Positions 18,521 through 27,237 of a stretch of 64,000 bases of DNA are shown in pieces (within the stretch, counting starts at the first letter, position 1; every line of letters starts with the position of its first letter). Both the position numbers and the translations under genes were made by a program. Under the pieces are notes generated by a model that did not search any database, was not told the origin of the DNA, and saw nothing but the letters and a program-made list of their open reading frames with translations. The DNA comes from a virus, in the IMG/VR virus record IMGVR_UViG_3300049215_000527, positions 21,178-85,177 of that record; one strand, given 5' to 3'.

Positions 18521-18868
18521 ATGTGGACGACCACTGTCACCGTGCAACGGCCCGAAGGCACGACGCTTACTGATGCCACCAATCGCCCGGTGACGCATCT
18601 ACCCGTGAAGGTCGATGCCAGTAGCGGCACGTTGGCCGAAGCCATCGCCTCGGCGATGCTGCCACAGTATCACAGTGGCATCAAGTTCAAAATCTTGGTG
18701 GATTGGCAACCCAATGCGTTGCTGAAACAGGCCGATATCTTGATCGACGAAGCGCAGATCGACCCTGACACGGGCACCTATTACAAGTATCGCGTCATTG
18801 CGCGCCCCATGAATTTTGTGGGGTCTCACCAACAACTCGAAGTCGAGACCGTGGTCGGTACGGTGTAA
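18521..18868 (+). CDS. Head closure protein (putative)
   Basis: TTTVTVQRP start, D-I-L-I-D..YKYRVI; synteny. Confidence 0.6.
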   Translation: MWTTTVTVQRPEGTTLTDATNRPVTHLPVKVDASSGTLAEAIASAMLPQYHSGIKFKILVDWQPNALLKQADILIDEAQIDPDTGTYYKYRVIARPMNFVGSHQQLEVETVVGTV

Positions 18869-18870
18869 CG

Positions 18871-19095
18871 ATGTTTCAACTCGTCTCTACCTGCCCCACC
18901 TGTGGGGCACCCCTCTTTGCGGAAACCCCCACCGCCATCTCGACCTGGGATCTCTGGCCCCACGTCCCTGCCATCACCTATACCTGCATCTGTCGCCTGA
19001 GTGCGGAGCCACTGCCCACGGAAACACCCCTAGAGCCGTACTGCCGCCCCAAGCGGAAACCTTCTGCCTTCGGTGGCAGCAGTCTGCGAGATTAA
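18871..19095 (+). CDS. Small Zn-finger protein
   Basis: CPTCG...CICR. Confidence 0.45.
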   Translation: MFQLVSTCPTCGAPLFAETPTAISTWDLWPHVPAITYTCICRLSAEPLPTETPLEPYCRPKRKPSAFGGSSLRD

Positions 19096-19096
19096 C

Positions 19097-19645
19097 ATGA
19101 GTTACACCCCCACCACCTTCGCCGATCTCGCCGCGTGGCAACTCACGGTGCAAAACGAGGTACAGATCGGCGGGTCGAGTCCCTTTCCCCTCATGACGGC
19201 GAACGACGCCGCGCTGTATGGCGCGACCCTCACCTTCGGCACCGATGTCGCGATCTTTATCGGTGTTCCCAAAGACCTCAAGACGCTCTATCCCTATCAA
19301 TGCTGGCTCACCCCCTTGAGCGAAAACGTCTATCGCAAGACATTGGGCGGTTATGTCTTCGATGAGATTGAAGTGGCCATCGTCGTTGCGGGGAACTGGA
19401 CGACCAATGCGTATGCCGTCCAAAAACAGATCTACGCCATTCGTGATGTGTTTGAGACCGTCATCGCGAAACATGCCGAGCAGCCCAATGCCGCCGAAGT
19501 CGTCGGCGCGAAGTGGGGCGCATCGGGCAGTAGTGGCTCGCACGGTTTTTATATGTTGGAAGAGATCGGCTACGGCTGGTACTGCTGGCGCACCACGCGC
19601 TGGATGCGCCGCCAATGGATCGTGCAAGGCAACGTGCAACAATAA
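19097..19645 (+). CDS. Tail terminator-like protein (putative)
   Basis: Synteny before the tail tube; size and beta pattern. Confidence 0.55.
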   Translation: MSYTPTTFADLAAWQLTVQNEVQIGGSSPFPLMTANDAALYGATLTFGTDVAIFIGVPKDLKTLYPYQCWLTPLSENVYRKTLGGYVFDEIEVAIVVAGNWTTNAYAVQKQIYAIRDVFETVIAKHAEQPNAAEVVGAKWGASGSSGSHGFYMLEEIGYGWYCWRTTRWMRRQWIVQGNVQQ

Positions 19646-19727
19646 GACCAACCCCACCAATAACACCATCGGCCAGCCCCAAAAGGCTGGCCTCTGCCAT
19701 CCCACTTTACCCCCACGAGGTACCCGC

Positions 19728-20012
19728 ATGCCCAAAAAGCCTGATCCCGCACCCATTGTTTACCAGCCCGAAGATCCGCCCCCCGTCCCCGAACGTGTCC
19801 TGGTCGGCGGCACGGAAACGGGCCTGCCGCAGGGTCTGCACCTCAACGGCCAGTTCTACGCCACACGCCTCTCTGATGGCCGTCTGGTCGTGGAAGGGCT
19901 GCCCGACAGCCTCATGGCCCGCTATTATCCCGACCTCTTTCCTCCCGCCCTTCCCGTGGCGGCTGACCCTGTGGCGGATCTCCCGCCCCCACCAACGATA
20001 ACTGAGGTATAA
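19728..20012 (+). CDS. Small Pro-rich hypothetical protein
   Basis: GAGG RBS, ATG 19728, stop 3 nt before the tail tube gene. Confidence 0.5.
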   Translation: MPKKPDPAPIVYQPEDPPPVPERVLVGGTETGLPQGLHLNGQFYATRLSDGRLVVEGLPDSLMARYYPDLFPPALPVAADPVADLPPPPTITEV

Positions 20013-20015
20013 GCC

Positions 20016-21641
20016 ATGCCAAGTACACCTCGTGGGTATAATCTTTTCGTGCAGGAGAATACGAGCGGGCTGCAACAACTGCTCACCGCCACCGCCGTTT
20101 CTGCACTCCCTGTTGGCCTCACATCCAGCACGGCGCTGACCGCTGCCACCACGGGCATGCACCTGCTCATCCGCATCTACAACCACACCGCCACAGGCAC
20201 CATTACCGTGGCAGGCACGGCCCCGCTCACGGGTGGCGCGGTGAGTGAGACCACGCCCACCATTCCGGTTATGGAATCGCCTGGCACCTATTACGACTAT
20301 GTGACAACGAGCGTCTATGCCACCGTCACGGCCAGCACGGGCATCTCGGTGAGCGGCCTCACGGGGGGCAGTATCACCATCTATGGCATCCAGGCCGCCT
20401 CACGGGGTATGCCATTAGAGGTGAAATTGACCGACAAAAATAGCGTCTATGTCCCCGTGGCGCAACGCGGCGATTTCAGTCAGTCCCACGTGCGCGCCCT
20501 CAAGACGGCGGACAATCCTGAATGGGAGGCAACGGGTGCCCTGTGGCCGGATAGTGCCTCCCTTATCATCCCAGGGGCCTGGTCTACCTCGCCCACCTCG
20601 ACGCAGTTGCCCGGCAGCGCCATCAGTATCTTGGCCAGTACGGGCATCACCACAGGGTCAAATGCCAGCGCCGCCAACCAGCCCACGGCGCCCGGCATGA
20701 TCCTGAAATGCGTCATCTCCTCCTCGCCCACGACGGCGGCGACGGTGAGCGTCACAGGTACCAACCTCTATGGCGAGACCATCACCGAGGTGGTCGTGCC
20801 CAGCACCAAGAGCAACGGCACTTACTACTCGCAGAACTCCTTTGCCAGCATCGCTTCGAGCGGCATCGTGTATGGCAGCTTTGGCGCAGGCAACTTGGTG
20901 ATATCGGGTATCTTTGGCGCGACGCTTTCGGGCAACCTCGCCAACGCCCCCTACAGCACCTTTGCCATTGGCCAGTATGACGGCATCGGCAGTTACGTCG
21001 CGCCGTGGGCCACGGTGGAATCGTGGGAGATCACGGGTGGCATGGACAAGGAGTGTATGATCGCCCTCAAGGGTCCCTGTCAAGCCGTCCTGCCTGTGGG
21101 TGTGTATTCCACCACCACCAGCCAAATCCCCGCCCTGGTCAACCCCATCGACGAGCCCATCGTGGGCTGGCGTTCCCTCGTCTTCATCGACGCCATCAGT
21201 GGCACGGCGGGCACGACGCAGTTTTTGGACGTGATGGAGTGGAAAGTAGCGGGCGTCATGAAGACCAAGACGACGCACCGCTCAGCCTTCAATCCCCCTG
21301 CGACGTTCTGGTCGGCACTGGACTATGGTCGCCACGAACTCTCCTGCGAACTGAAAGTCTATATGGATGCTACGGCGTACCAGAACGAGTATGCCCTCGC
21401 ATTCAAACAGGGCAAGAAGCGCCTCGTGCAGATCCAGCTCTACGGCGGGCCGAACCTCTCGGCGGCCAACCAGCAGGGCTTGACGCTGACCTTCCCCTGC
21501 GAATGGGTGGAAGATCCCCAGCGCGTCTTCACCCTCAATCAGGAGTATGTCGAACTGACGCTCAAGGGTGATATCTACCGCGATGACGCCCTGGGCTATG
21601 ACTTCAACTACTCCTGGAACACGCGCTTCCCCACGTACTAG
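20016..21641 (+). CDS. Major tail tube protein with two duplicated beta-sandwich inserts
   Basis: Tube-like C-terminus (WEITGG...ELSCELKVY...LTLTFP...ELTLKG); internal repeats GM.L...T.TV.GT...G...E. Confidence 0.75.
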   Translation: MPSTPRGYNLFVQENTSGLQQLLTATAVSALPVGLTSSTALTAATTGMHLLIRIYNHTATGTITVAGTAPLTGGAVSETTPTIPVMESPGTYYDYVTTSVYATVTASTGISVSGLTGGSITIYGIQAASRGMPLEVKLTDKNSVYVPVAQRGDFSQSHVRALKTADNPEWEATGALWPDSASLIIPGAWSTSPTSTQLPGSAISILASTGITTGSNASAANQPTAPGMILKCVISSSPTTAATVSVTGTNLYGETITEVVVPSTKSNGTYYSQNSFASIASSGIVYGSFGAGNLVISGIFGATLSGNLANAPYSTFAIGQYDGIGSYVAPWATVESWEITGGMDKECMIALKGPCQAVLPVGVYSTTTSQIPALVNPIDEPIVGWRSLVFIDAISGTAGTTQFLDVMEWKVAGVMKTKTTHRSAFNPPATFWSALDYGRHELSCELKVYMDATAYQNEYALAFKQGKKRLVQIQLYGGPNLSAANQQGLTLTFPCEWVEDPQRVFTLNQEYVELTLKGDIYRDDALGYDFNYSWNTRFPTY

Positions 21642-21692
21642 GTTGGTTCATGCAATCCTGCCAAGTGTCATTACTTGGCAGGATATGGCTGG

Positions 21693-21977
21693 CTACGGAT
21701 GTGACGCCCATGCGTCGGTGTCCTGATATGTCTCTGTCAGGATCTCTTCCACATTCGCTTGCAGTGAGGGTGGCGATGTGCGAACCCAATTCGGTTGCCA
21801 CTCGTCCTGCTCATAACGTACTTCTGCATCAGGATATGCGCGCATAATGCGTTCCGTGGCGAGGTCGCAATAGGCAGTTACGAGGGTAGGGTCATCTGTC
21901 ACTTGCTGGGCAAGTTCCGTGTCGTCGCTCCCGACAAAGAGGCCGGGGTTTTGGTTAAAGGTGATTACCTGTCGCAT
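21693..21977 (-). CDS. Moron gene 3, acidic hypothetical protein
   Basis: Coupled to 21965-22492; antisense to the tail operon. Confidence 0.6.
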   Translation of the reverse strand: MRQVITFNQNPGLFVGSDDTELAQQVTDDPTLVTAYCDLATERIMRAYPDAEVRYEQDEWQPNWVRTSPPSLQANVEEILTETYQDTDAWASHP

Positions 21978-22492
21978 GGCTGCTCTCCATTCTTTGCCGT
22001 ATTGAGGAGGCGATAAATCGCATCACTCATGCTCTCGCGCGGTCCGCGCTGCGCATCGAGCCACGCGAAAAGATCCTCTGAGATCATGGCGGCGATGCGA
22101 TGAGAGCGTCCTTGCGATGGCCGTCCCATTACTGGGCGCGGTTCTGGTGTGGAGAGAATCATTTTCATGGCCAGCATGACTTCGTTTTGTTGATCGCGTG
22201 CCACCGCAATACTGCGCCCGAACTGATGATTCCACAGCCCGTCGACCAGCAATTCCACAAAAGCGGCAATGCGTTGGCGTTGCGGTTCGGTAGGATAACG
22301 TCCATCAAGTTGTGTTTGCAGCCAATCGGCACATTGGCCGCATATGCCCATTTGCAGATCATCATCCTCAGCACCATCGCTGACTAGACCTGCATCAATG
22401 GTTGAAAGCAATGCCTGATAGGCCGTGCGCATGAGGGCATATGGATCAATAGTCGAGATATCCCGTAAGGCGCGAGCGATGTCTTGATACAT
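21965..22492 (-). CDS. Moron gene 2 with a C-terminal ribbon-helix-helix DNA-binding domain
   Basis: MGRPSQGRSHRIAAMISEDLFAWLDAQRGPRESMSDAIYRLL. Confidence 0.7.
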   Translation of the reverse strand: MYQDIARALRDISTIDPYALMRTAYQALLSTIDAGLVSDGAEDDDLQMGICGQCADWLQTQLDGRYPTEPQRQRIAAFVELLVDGLWNHQFGRSIAVARDQQNEVMLAMKMILSTPEPRPVMGRPSQGRSHRIAAMISEDLFAWLDAQRGPRESMSDAIYRLLNTAKNGEQPCDR

Positions 22493-22797
22493 TAGTAGCG
22501 CTCCCATCCATCCAACGCCGCCATGCCATCACCGCCCGCCATATGCGGATCGTAAGCCGTGATATAGCGGGCATTATGCTCAATCGAAACGCCGTCCATA
22601 TCGGTCGCCCATGCACTGCTCGCAGCAACAGCAATGTAGATGTCGCGTTGTGCCTTGGGGGCGAATCCCGGCCCTTCCCAAGTATAGCCTGCTTCTTGCA
22701 AACGTGCTTGGAACGCTTCGCTCGTTACCCAGAGCATATCGCCGTTGCCCAGATACGCCTGGTATGCATCGACATAAATGTTGTAGTCTAGTTCCAT
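22492..22797 (-). CDS. Moron gene 1, hypothetical protein
   Basis: AAGGA RBS; first gene after the consensus promoter. Confidence 0.6.
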   Translation of the reverse strand: MELDYNIYVDAYQAYLGNGDMLWVTSEAFQARLQEAGYTWEGPGFAPKAQRDIYIAVAASSAWATDMDGVSIEHNARYITAYDPHMAGGDGMAALDGWERY

Positions 22798-22841
22798 TGC
22801 CGTGTCCTTCTTTCGTTTCGTTTGTCCCTATCGACATTCTT

Positions 22842-22870
22842 ATTATATACATTGCTGCAATGTATGTCAA
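22842..22870 (-). promoter_or_regulatory. Consensus sigma-70 promoter whose spacer is a palindromic operator
   Basis: Minus strand TTGACA-tacattgcagcaatgta(17)-TATAAT. Confidence 0.92.
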
Positions 22871-22944
22871 GCCCTTGGTACCCCAGTTTCACCAAGGTGA
22901 AGATTTCTTCACCTAACCCACCCACAGAAAGAGAGCACCATCCC

Positions 22945-23556
22945 ATGCCCGTCTCCCACGCTATCAGCACCCGCGAGACCATTGATCTCCACGCCCCCTG
23001 GTGGTCGCCAAAGCGCACCCAGGACGGCACGCTCACCACGCCAGAGGTTGGCCCCGATGATGAGGGCCGCTACGTTGAACGCTGCGTCATCTATGCCCAA
23101 CTGTTTCATATCGATGAGGAGTGGGCACAGGGCAAGTCGCTGGGCAAGTTCGATATGAAGAAGAAGGCGATGGACCCCATGCAGGCCGCCAAAGCGCCGC
23201 GTTTCCTGTTGCAACGCATGGTGCAAGAAATTACCGACCCCACAGGCCACCCCCTGCCCAAGACCGCCACGGGCGATCATGGCGAGGCGATCTACAGCGA
23301 GGCATTCTTCGCAGGGATGTTTTCGCAAGACACCACCTGGATCAGCGAACAGATCAACGCCCTCAAAGAGCCGCCCGTCCCCGTGATCGACGCCGATGTG
23401 GCGGTGGCCGAGAAACGCGAGGAACGGTACCTGCACCTCGTAGGGCAAGGGTATGGCGACGATCACCCCCTGGTGACACGCATCGGCGCGCGCGACGCGG
23501 AGGTGGTCGCTCAGGAACGGTTTCCTGGCGATGGTGCAAGCGATCTTTACGAGTGA
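22945..23556 (+). CDS. Tail assembly chaperone (putative, G-like)
   Basis: Between tail tube and tape measure; acidic. Confidence 0.55.
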   Translation: MPVSHAISTRETIDLHAPWWSPKRTQDGTLTTPEVGPDDEGRYVERCVIYAQLFHIDEEWAQGKSLGKFDMKKKAMDPMQAAKAPRFLLQRMVQEITDPTGHPLPKTATGDHGEAIYSEAFFAGMFSQDTTWISEQINALKEPPVPVIDADVAVAEKREERYLHLVGQGYGDDHPLVTRIGARDAEVVAQERFPGDGASDLYE

Positions 23557-23827
23557 GCCACTCTCCCGCGAGTTTCAGTTAGATGATGCGGAGATCGAGG
23601 CTGATCTGGATCTGTTCGTGAAGGAAGCCATCCTCGACTATCGGGTCTGCGAGAAGCGCGGCTACGCCTTCCTGCATGACCACCCGCCGACCGCAGCGTA
23701 TGTGTGGCGCACCGAAGCCATTCTGGCGGCGGAGGCAGCGGCCACGGCGCACATCGAGAACAAGCACGCCCAACGGCTCAAGGCCGAGTCTGATGCGCTC
23801 AAAAGCCAGATGCACACCCGCCGCTAA
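23531..23827 (+). CDS. Second tail assembly chaperone (putative, T-like)
   Basis: Overlaps the previous ORF in the +1 frame. Confidence 0.5.
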   Translation: MVQAIFTSEPLSREFQLDDAEIEADLDLFVKEAILDYRVCEKRGYAFLHDHPPTAAYVWRTEAILAAEAAATAHIENKHAQRLKAESDALKSQMHTRR

Positions 23828-23840
23828 AGGATACCTCGCC

Positions 23841-25592
23841 ATGACCGATCTTGCCACCCTACGCACCCGTCTCATGGCCATTCGTGCCGCCCTGCCAGAC
23901 TCGCCAGAGGTGGCGCTCTTGCGGGCGTACCTGCCCACGGCACCGGACCCCGCACGGGTGGCGCTGGCCATCGCGTATCTGCAAGAGGCGGCGGTGACAC
24001 GGTACGAGGGGCAAGAGATTGTGCGCGGCCCCAACGGGCGCATCGTGGGCAATATCGGTGTAGGTTTGGGTGCGGAGCGATCTGCACATGTCCTCATGAA
24101 TCGTTACGGCGACCATGTGGCAAAAGGGAAAGATCCGGAAACGTTTACCCACAAAGGACTACACGGCACAAAGGACGTTGATGCCCATTTGCAAGAACTC
24201 GGTCATAAGGCCGATGCCCATGCGGCGGCGTACACCTCACAGCAAGTGGATAAGTTGATGGCACTCCATGCCCAGGCGGAAGAGGCACTGATGCGTGGCC
24301 TGGCACTGGGGTTTGCGACCAAAGCTGAGGCTGCCAAGGCGGCACGGGAGCAAGATGTCCTCAAAGCACACCTGCACCGTGTGGCAAGCCGATCCCCCGC
24401 CCAACGCGACCGCATCAATCAGTATCTCAACGGTCGCCGCGCGGCACGGGATCAGATTGCGCGAGACATCGACCGTGCCAAGTTGCAACAGATGGCGGCG
24501 AAACTGCGCGAACACCAGCAAGCCGCAGTCGAGGTGACGCGCTACGCGGGACAGGTAGCGATTCATGGCGCAGGTGGCCGTATCATCACCAATGTGAGCG
24601 CAGGTGGTGGCAAAACACCAACGGGCGGCGGGGCGAAATCTGCCAGAGTCCCCTCGGCCAGCAAGCCCCCCAAGGCCAGTGGCGCGAAGGCGGGTAAGGC
24701 CACCAGCGCCAAAGCGTCCTCACAGGAAGTCAAACAGATCCCCATCGCCGCCATCCACACGGGCCTCAACCCGCGCGAGTTCTTCGACCCCGCCAAGATC
24801 GCCGAACTGGCACAGAGCATCAAAGGGCATGGCCTGTTGCAACCCATCAGTGTGCGGCCCCACGAGGGCGGGTATCAAGTCATTGCGGGTGAGCGGCGCC
24901 TGCGCGCGCTGCAAGCCTTGGGCATGACGCATGCCCCCGTCATTGTCCATCAGGTGGATGATCAGACGGCGCATGAGTTGGCGTTGATTGAGAACATTAA
25001 CCGCGAGGATATGCGGCCCGGCGAGACAGCCCGCGCCTATCAGAACTTGCTCAATAGCGGCATGACGATCAAGGCCCTGGCCGAACGCACGGGCAAATCC
25101 ACCGATGCCATCCAGGCCCACCTCGACCTCTTGACGCTGCCCATCCACCTGCAAGCGTTGGTGGATAAGGGCAAGCTGTCAATGGGGGTCATCCGTGGCT
25201 TGGCCCGCCTCAGTCCTAAAGGGCAGGAGGCGGCGGCAGAGCGCATCTTGCGCGATGACCTGGGCGTGAAGAGCGCCAATCGCCTCATCAAGACCATCAG
25301 CGAACGCGAATCCCAGACCAGTCTCTTTAGCGAGGTGCAGCCCGTGAGTCAAGCCGCCCATGACGCCCAAGCCGCATACCAAGACACCATGACCCGCCTC
25401 ACCGAGATGCTGTCTGGCATGGATGACGCCCACGTAACGTTGGCCGCCCAAGCGACTGACACCCCGTTACGGGAATCCGAGCGGTTGGGGCTGATGATCA
25501 AGCAACTGCAACGCATGCAGGGGGCAATGGAGACGGAGCATTACCGCCGCGCCGAACGCTCGGCACGGGCCACGCTGGTGCGGATCAGATGA
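23841..25592 (+). CDS. ParB/Spo0J-domain protein with an N-terminal cargo-type extension
   Basis: LNPREFFD...LAQSIKGHGLLQPISVR...IAGERRLRAL...ALIENINREDM plus HTH; two TR|Y..G linkers upstream. Confidence 0.9.
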   Translation: MTDLATLRTRLMAIRAALPDSPEVALLRAYLPTAPDPARVALAIAYLQEAAVTRYEGQEIVRGPNGRIVGNIGVGLGAERSAHVLMNRYGDHVAKGKDPETFTHKGLHGTKDVDAHLQELGHKADAHAAAYTSQQVDKLMALHAQAEEALMRGLALGFATKAEAAKAAREQDVLKAHLHRVASRSPAQRDRINQYLNGRRAARDQIARDIDRAKLQQMAAKLREHQQAAVEVTRYAGQVAIHGAGGRIITNVSAGGGKTPTGGGAKSARVPSASKPPKASGAKAGKATSAKASSQEVKQIPIAAIHTGLNPREFFDPAKIAELAQSIKGHGLLQPISVRPHEGGYQVIAGERRLRALQALGMTHAPVIVHQVDDQTAHELALIENINREDMRPGETARAYQNLLNSGMTIKALAERTGKSTDAIQAHLDLLTLPIHLQALVDKGKLSMGVIRGLARLSPKGQEAAAERILRDDLGVKSANRLIKTISERESQTSLFSEVQPVSQAAHDAQAAYQDTMTRLTEMLSGMDDAHVTLAAQATDTPLRESERLGLMIKQLQRMQGAMETEHYRRAERSARATLVRIR

Positions 25593-25607
25593 GGGAGGGA
25601 TAAGGAT

Positions 25608-26072
25608 ATGCTCGGTGGCGCATATGAAATGACCTTTGACGCGGCGTCCATTCGCCGCATTGCCGCGCTGGTCTATGCCCAACCTGTCTTCGAGATGTAT
25701 TATCGCTCGGCGATGCGGGCATCCGTCAATCGGGTCAATGCCTTGGCGCAGAAGAATGCCCCAGTGGGGGACTACCCCAATGAAAAGAATCACACCGGAG
25801 GCAATCTACGGCGGGGCATTCGCGGGTTTGTGGACACCCCCTATCGGGGCCGAGTTGGTGTATTGGCGAGTGTCCCGTATGGCGCCCGGCGCGAGTTCGG
25901 CTTCGATGGCAAGACGGATAGCATGGGGCGGTACTACCCAATGGACCCCAAAGACGCGGATAAACGCAGCCACATGATGTATGTTCATCGGGCGCTAGAA
26001 GCGTCCCTGCCCTACATTGCCAGTGCATTCAAGGCATCCACCTCACTCGCTATCCGGAAGATCGTCATGTGA
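25608..26072 (+). CDS. HK97 gp10-like tail completion protein
   Basis: AQKNAPVG...GNLRRGI...VPYGARREFG...YVHRAL. Confidence 0.8.
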   Translation: MLGGAYEMTFDAASIRRIAALVYAQPVFEMYYRSAMRASVNRVNALAQKNAPVGDYPNEKNHTGGNLRRGIRGFVDTPYRGRVGVLASVPYGARREFGFDGKTDSMGRYYPMDPKDADKRSHMMYVHRALEASLPYIASAFKASTSLAIRKIVM

Positions 26073-27005
26073 GAAGAGGGTGCCTTGCGTGGGTGGGGTG
26101 AAAGCGGATGATGTCGTTTGTTGCTCTCGTTGCAACCTCCGCGCTTCCCTTGCCTTAGCAAGGCCCGCAATGCCTTGAGCGCGAAATTGCTCTCTTTCTT
26201 CAGGGGTCATGCGTTCCAAGCGGTGTTTTGCGCCAACACTTCGAGATTGACTCTTGATCCCCCGCTGGCTCTGGGCAACCTTGGCGATAATCGCTTGACG
26301 TTCTTCTTCGGTTCTCTTTGCCCACATCTTTTTAAGAGATTCCGTTTGTTTCTGGCGCGTTTCCTTTGAGACTTTTACTCCCCTTCTCTTCTCGTAACGT
26401 TCCTGTTCCTTCTCGGTTAAAGGTCTCTCGTGCCGACGGGCGTTGCCATCAATTTGCGCTTGCGTTAATCCTCTTGCTTTCATCCGTGCATATCCTGCTT
26501 GTTGTGCAGGTGTTAATGGCGCGCCTTTACGGCGTTCACGTGAGGCTCGTTCTGCTTCCGTCGGCGCACGTTCTTTACGCATGTCGTAGGCTTTACGCAT
26601 ATTCTCGGTCACCCGCCCACGCCTCTTACGCGCCGCATCTCTATTGGCTTGCAATGCCTCAGGGGTGAATTGAATGCCGAGGGTACTCTGCGCAATTGGG
26701 GCCATATTGTAGCCGTGATTGCCCGTTTCTTCCTGTTGTTTCTGAAACCAGTAATTCTCCCGTTCAAACAATTGCGAAGGTTCCACTTCCTCAATGATTT
26801 CAAAACGGAAGGATTCCTCACCGTACTTGTTCCAGGCTCTTTGGAGTGCAATGGAATGGTGCGTGCCTGCACGTAAGAGATGGTAATGGTGATTTCTGCG
26901 TAGCCGAACGTTGACAGCACTTCCCACGTAATATTTGCCACTAGGAACACAGTAAATGCGGTAAATGCCGCTCACGCTGGGGATGTCTGAGTATGGCAAT
27001 GGCAT
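26043..27005 (-). CDS. Free-standing GIY-YIG homing endonuclease with NUMOD3-like repeats
   Basis: SGIYRIY...YYVGSAVN...R...H...LQRAWNKYGEESFRFEIIE...ERENYW; basic C-terminal repeats. Confidence 0.93.
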   Translation of the reverse strand: MPLPYSDIPSVSGIYRIYCVPSGKYYVGSAVNVRLRRNHHYHLLRAGTHHSIALQRAWNKYGEESFRFEIIEEVEPSQLFERENYWFQKQQEETGNHGYNMAPIAQSTLGIQFTPEALQANRDAARKRRGRVTENMRKAYDMRKERAPTEAERASRERRKGAPLTPAQQAGYARMKARGLTQAQIDGNARRHERPLTEKEQERYEKRRGVKVSKETRQKQTESLKKMWAKRTEEERQAIIAKVAQSQRGIKSQSRSVGAKHRLERMTPEEREQFRAQGIAGLAKAREARRLQREQQTTSSAFTPPTQGTLFSHDDLPDSE

Positions 27006-27151
27006 GGACTTCTAGCTCCTACCAACTAGCTCCTACACACATGCACCGCCAGAGGGAGTAGGAATTCCCCTTTTCAGCGCGGTTCATGAGGCCACACTTA
27101 GACGGCAATCTTACTATACCATTCTTTTGCGAACGGGCAAAAACGGATCTG

Positions 27152-27183
27152 AACGAGGCGGTACTATCTAGTACCGCCTCGTT
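27152..27183. terminator. Perfect 14-bp hairpin between the endonuclease and tape measure genes
   Basis: aacgaggcggtact-atct-agtaccgcctcgtt. Confidence 0.6.
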
Positions 27184-27237
27184 GTTACAGGAGAGGAGCA
27201 AGCTACGGATAATTCACTCGTGCTTACAGTATTTATC

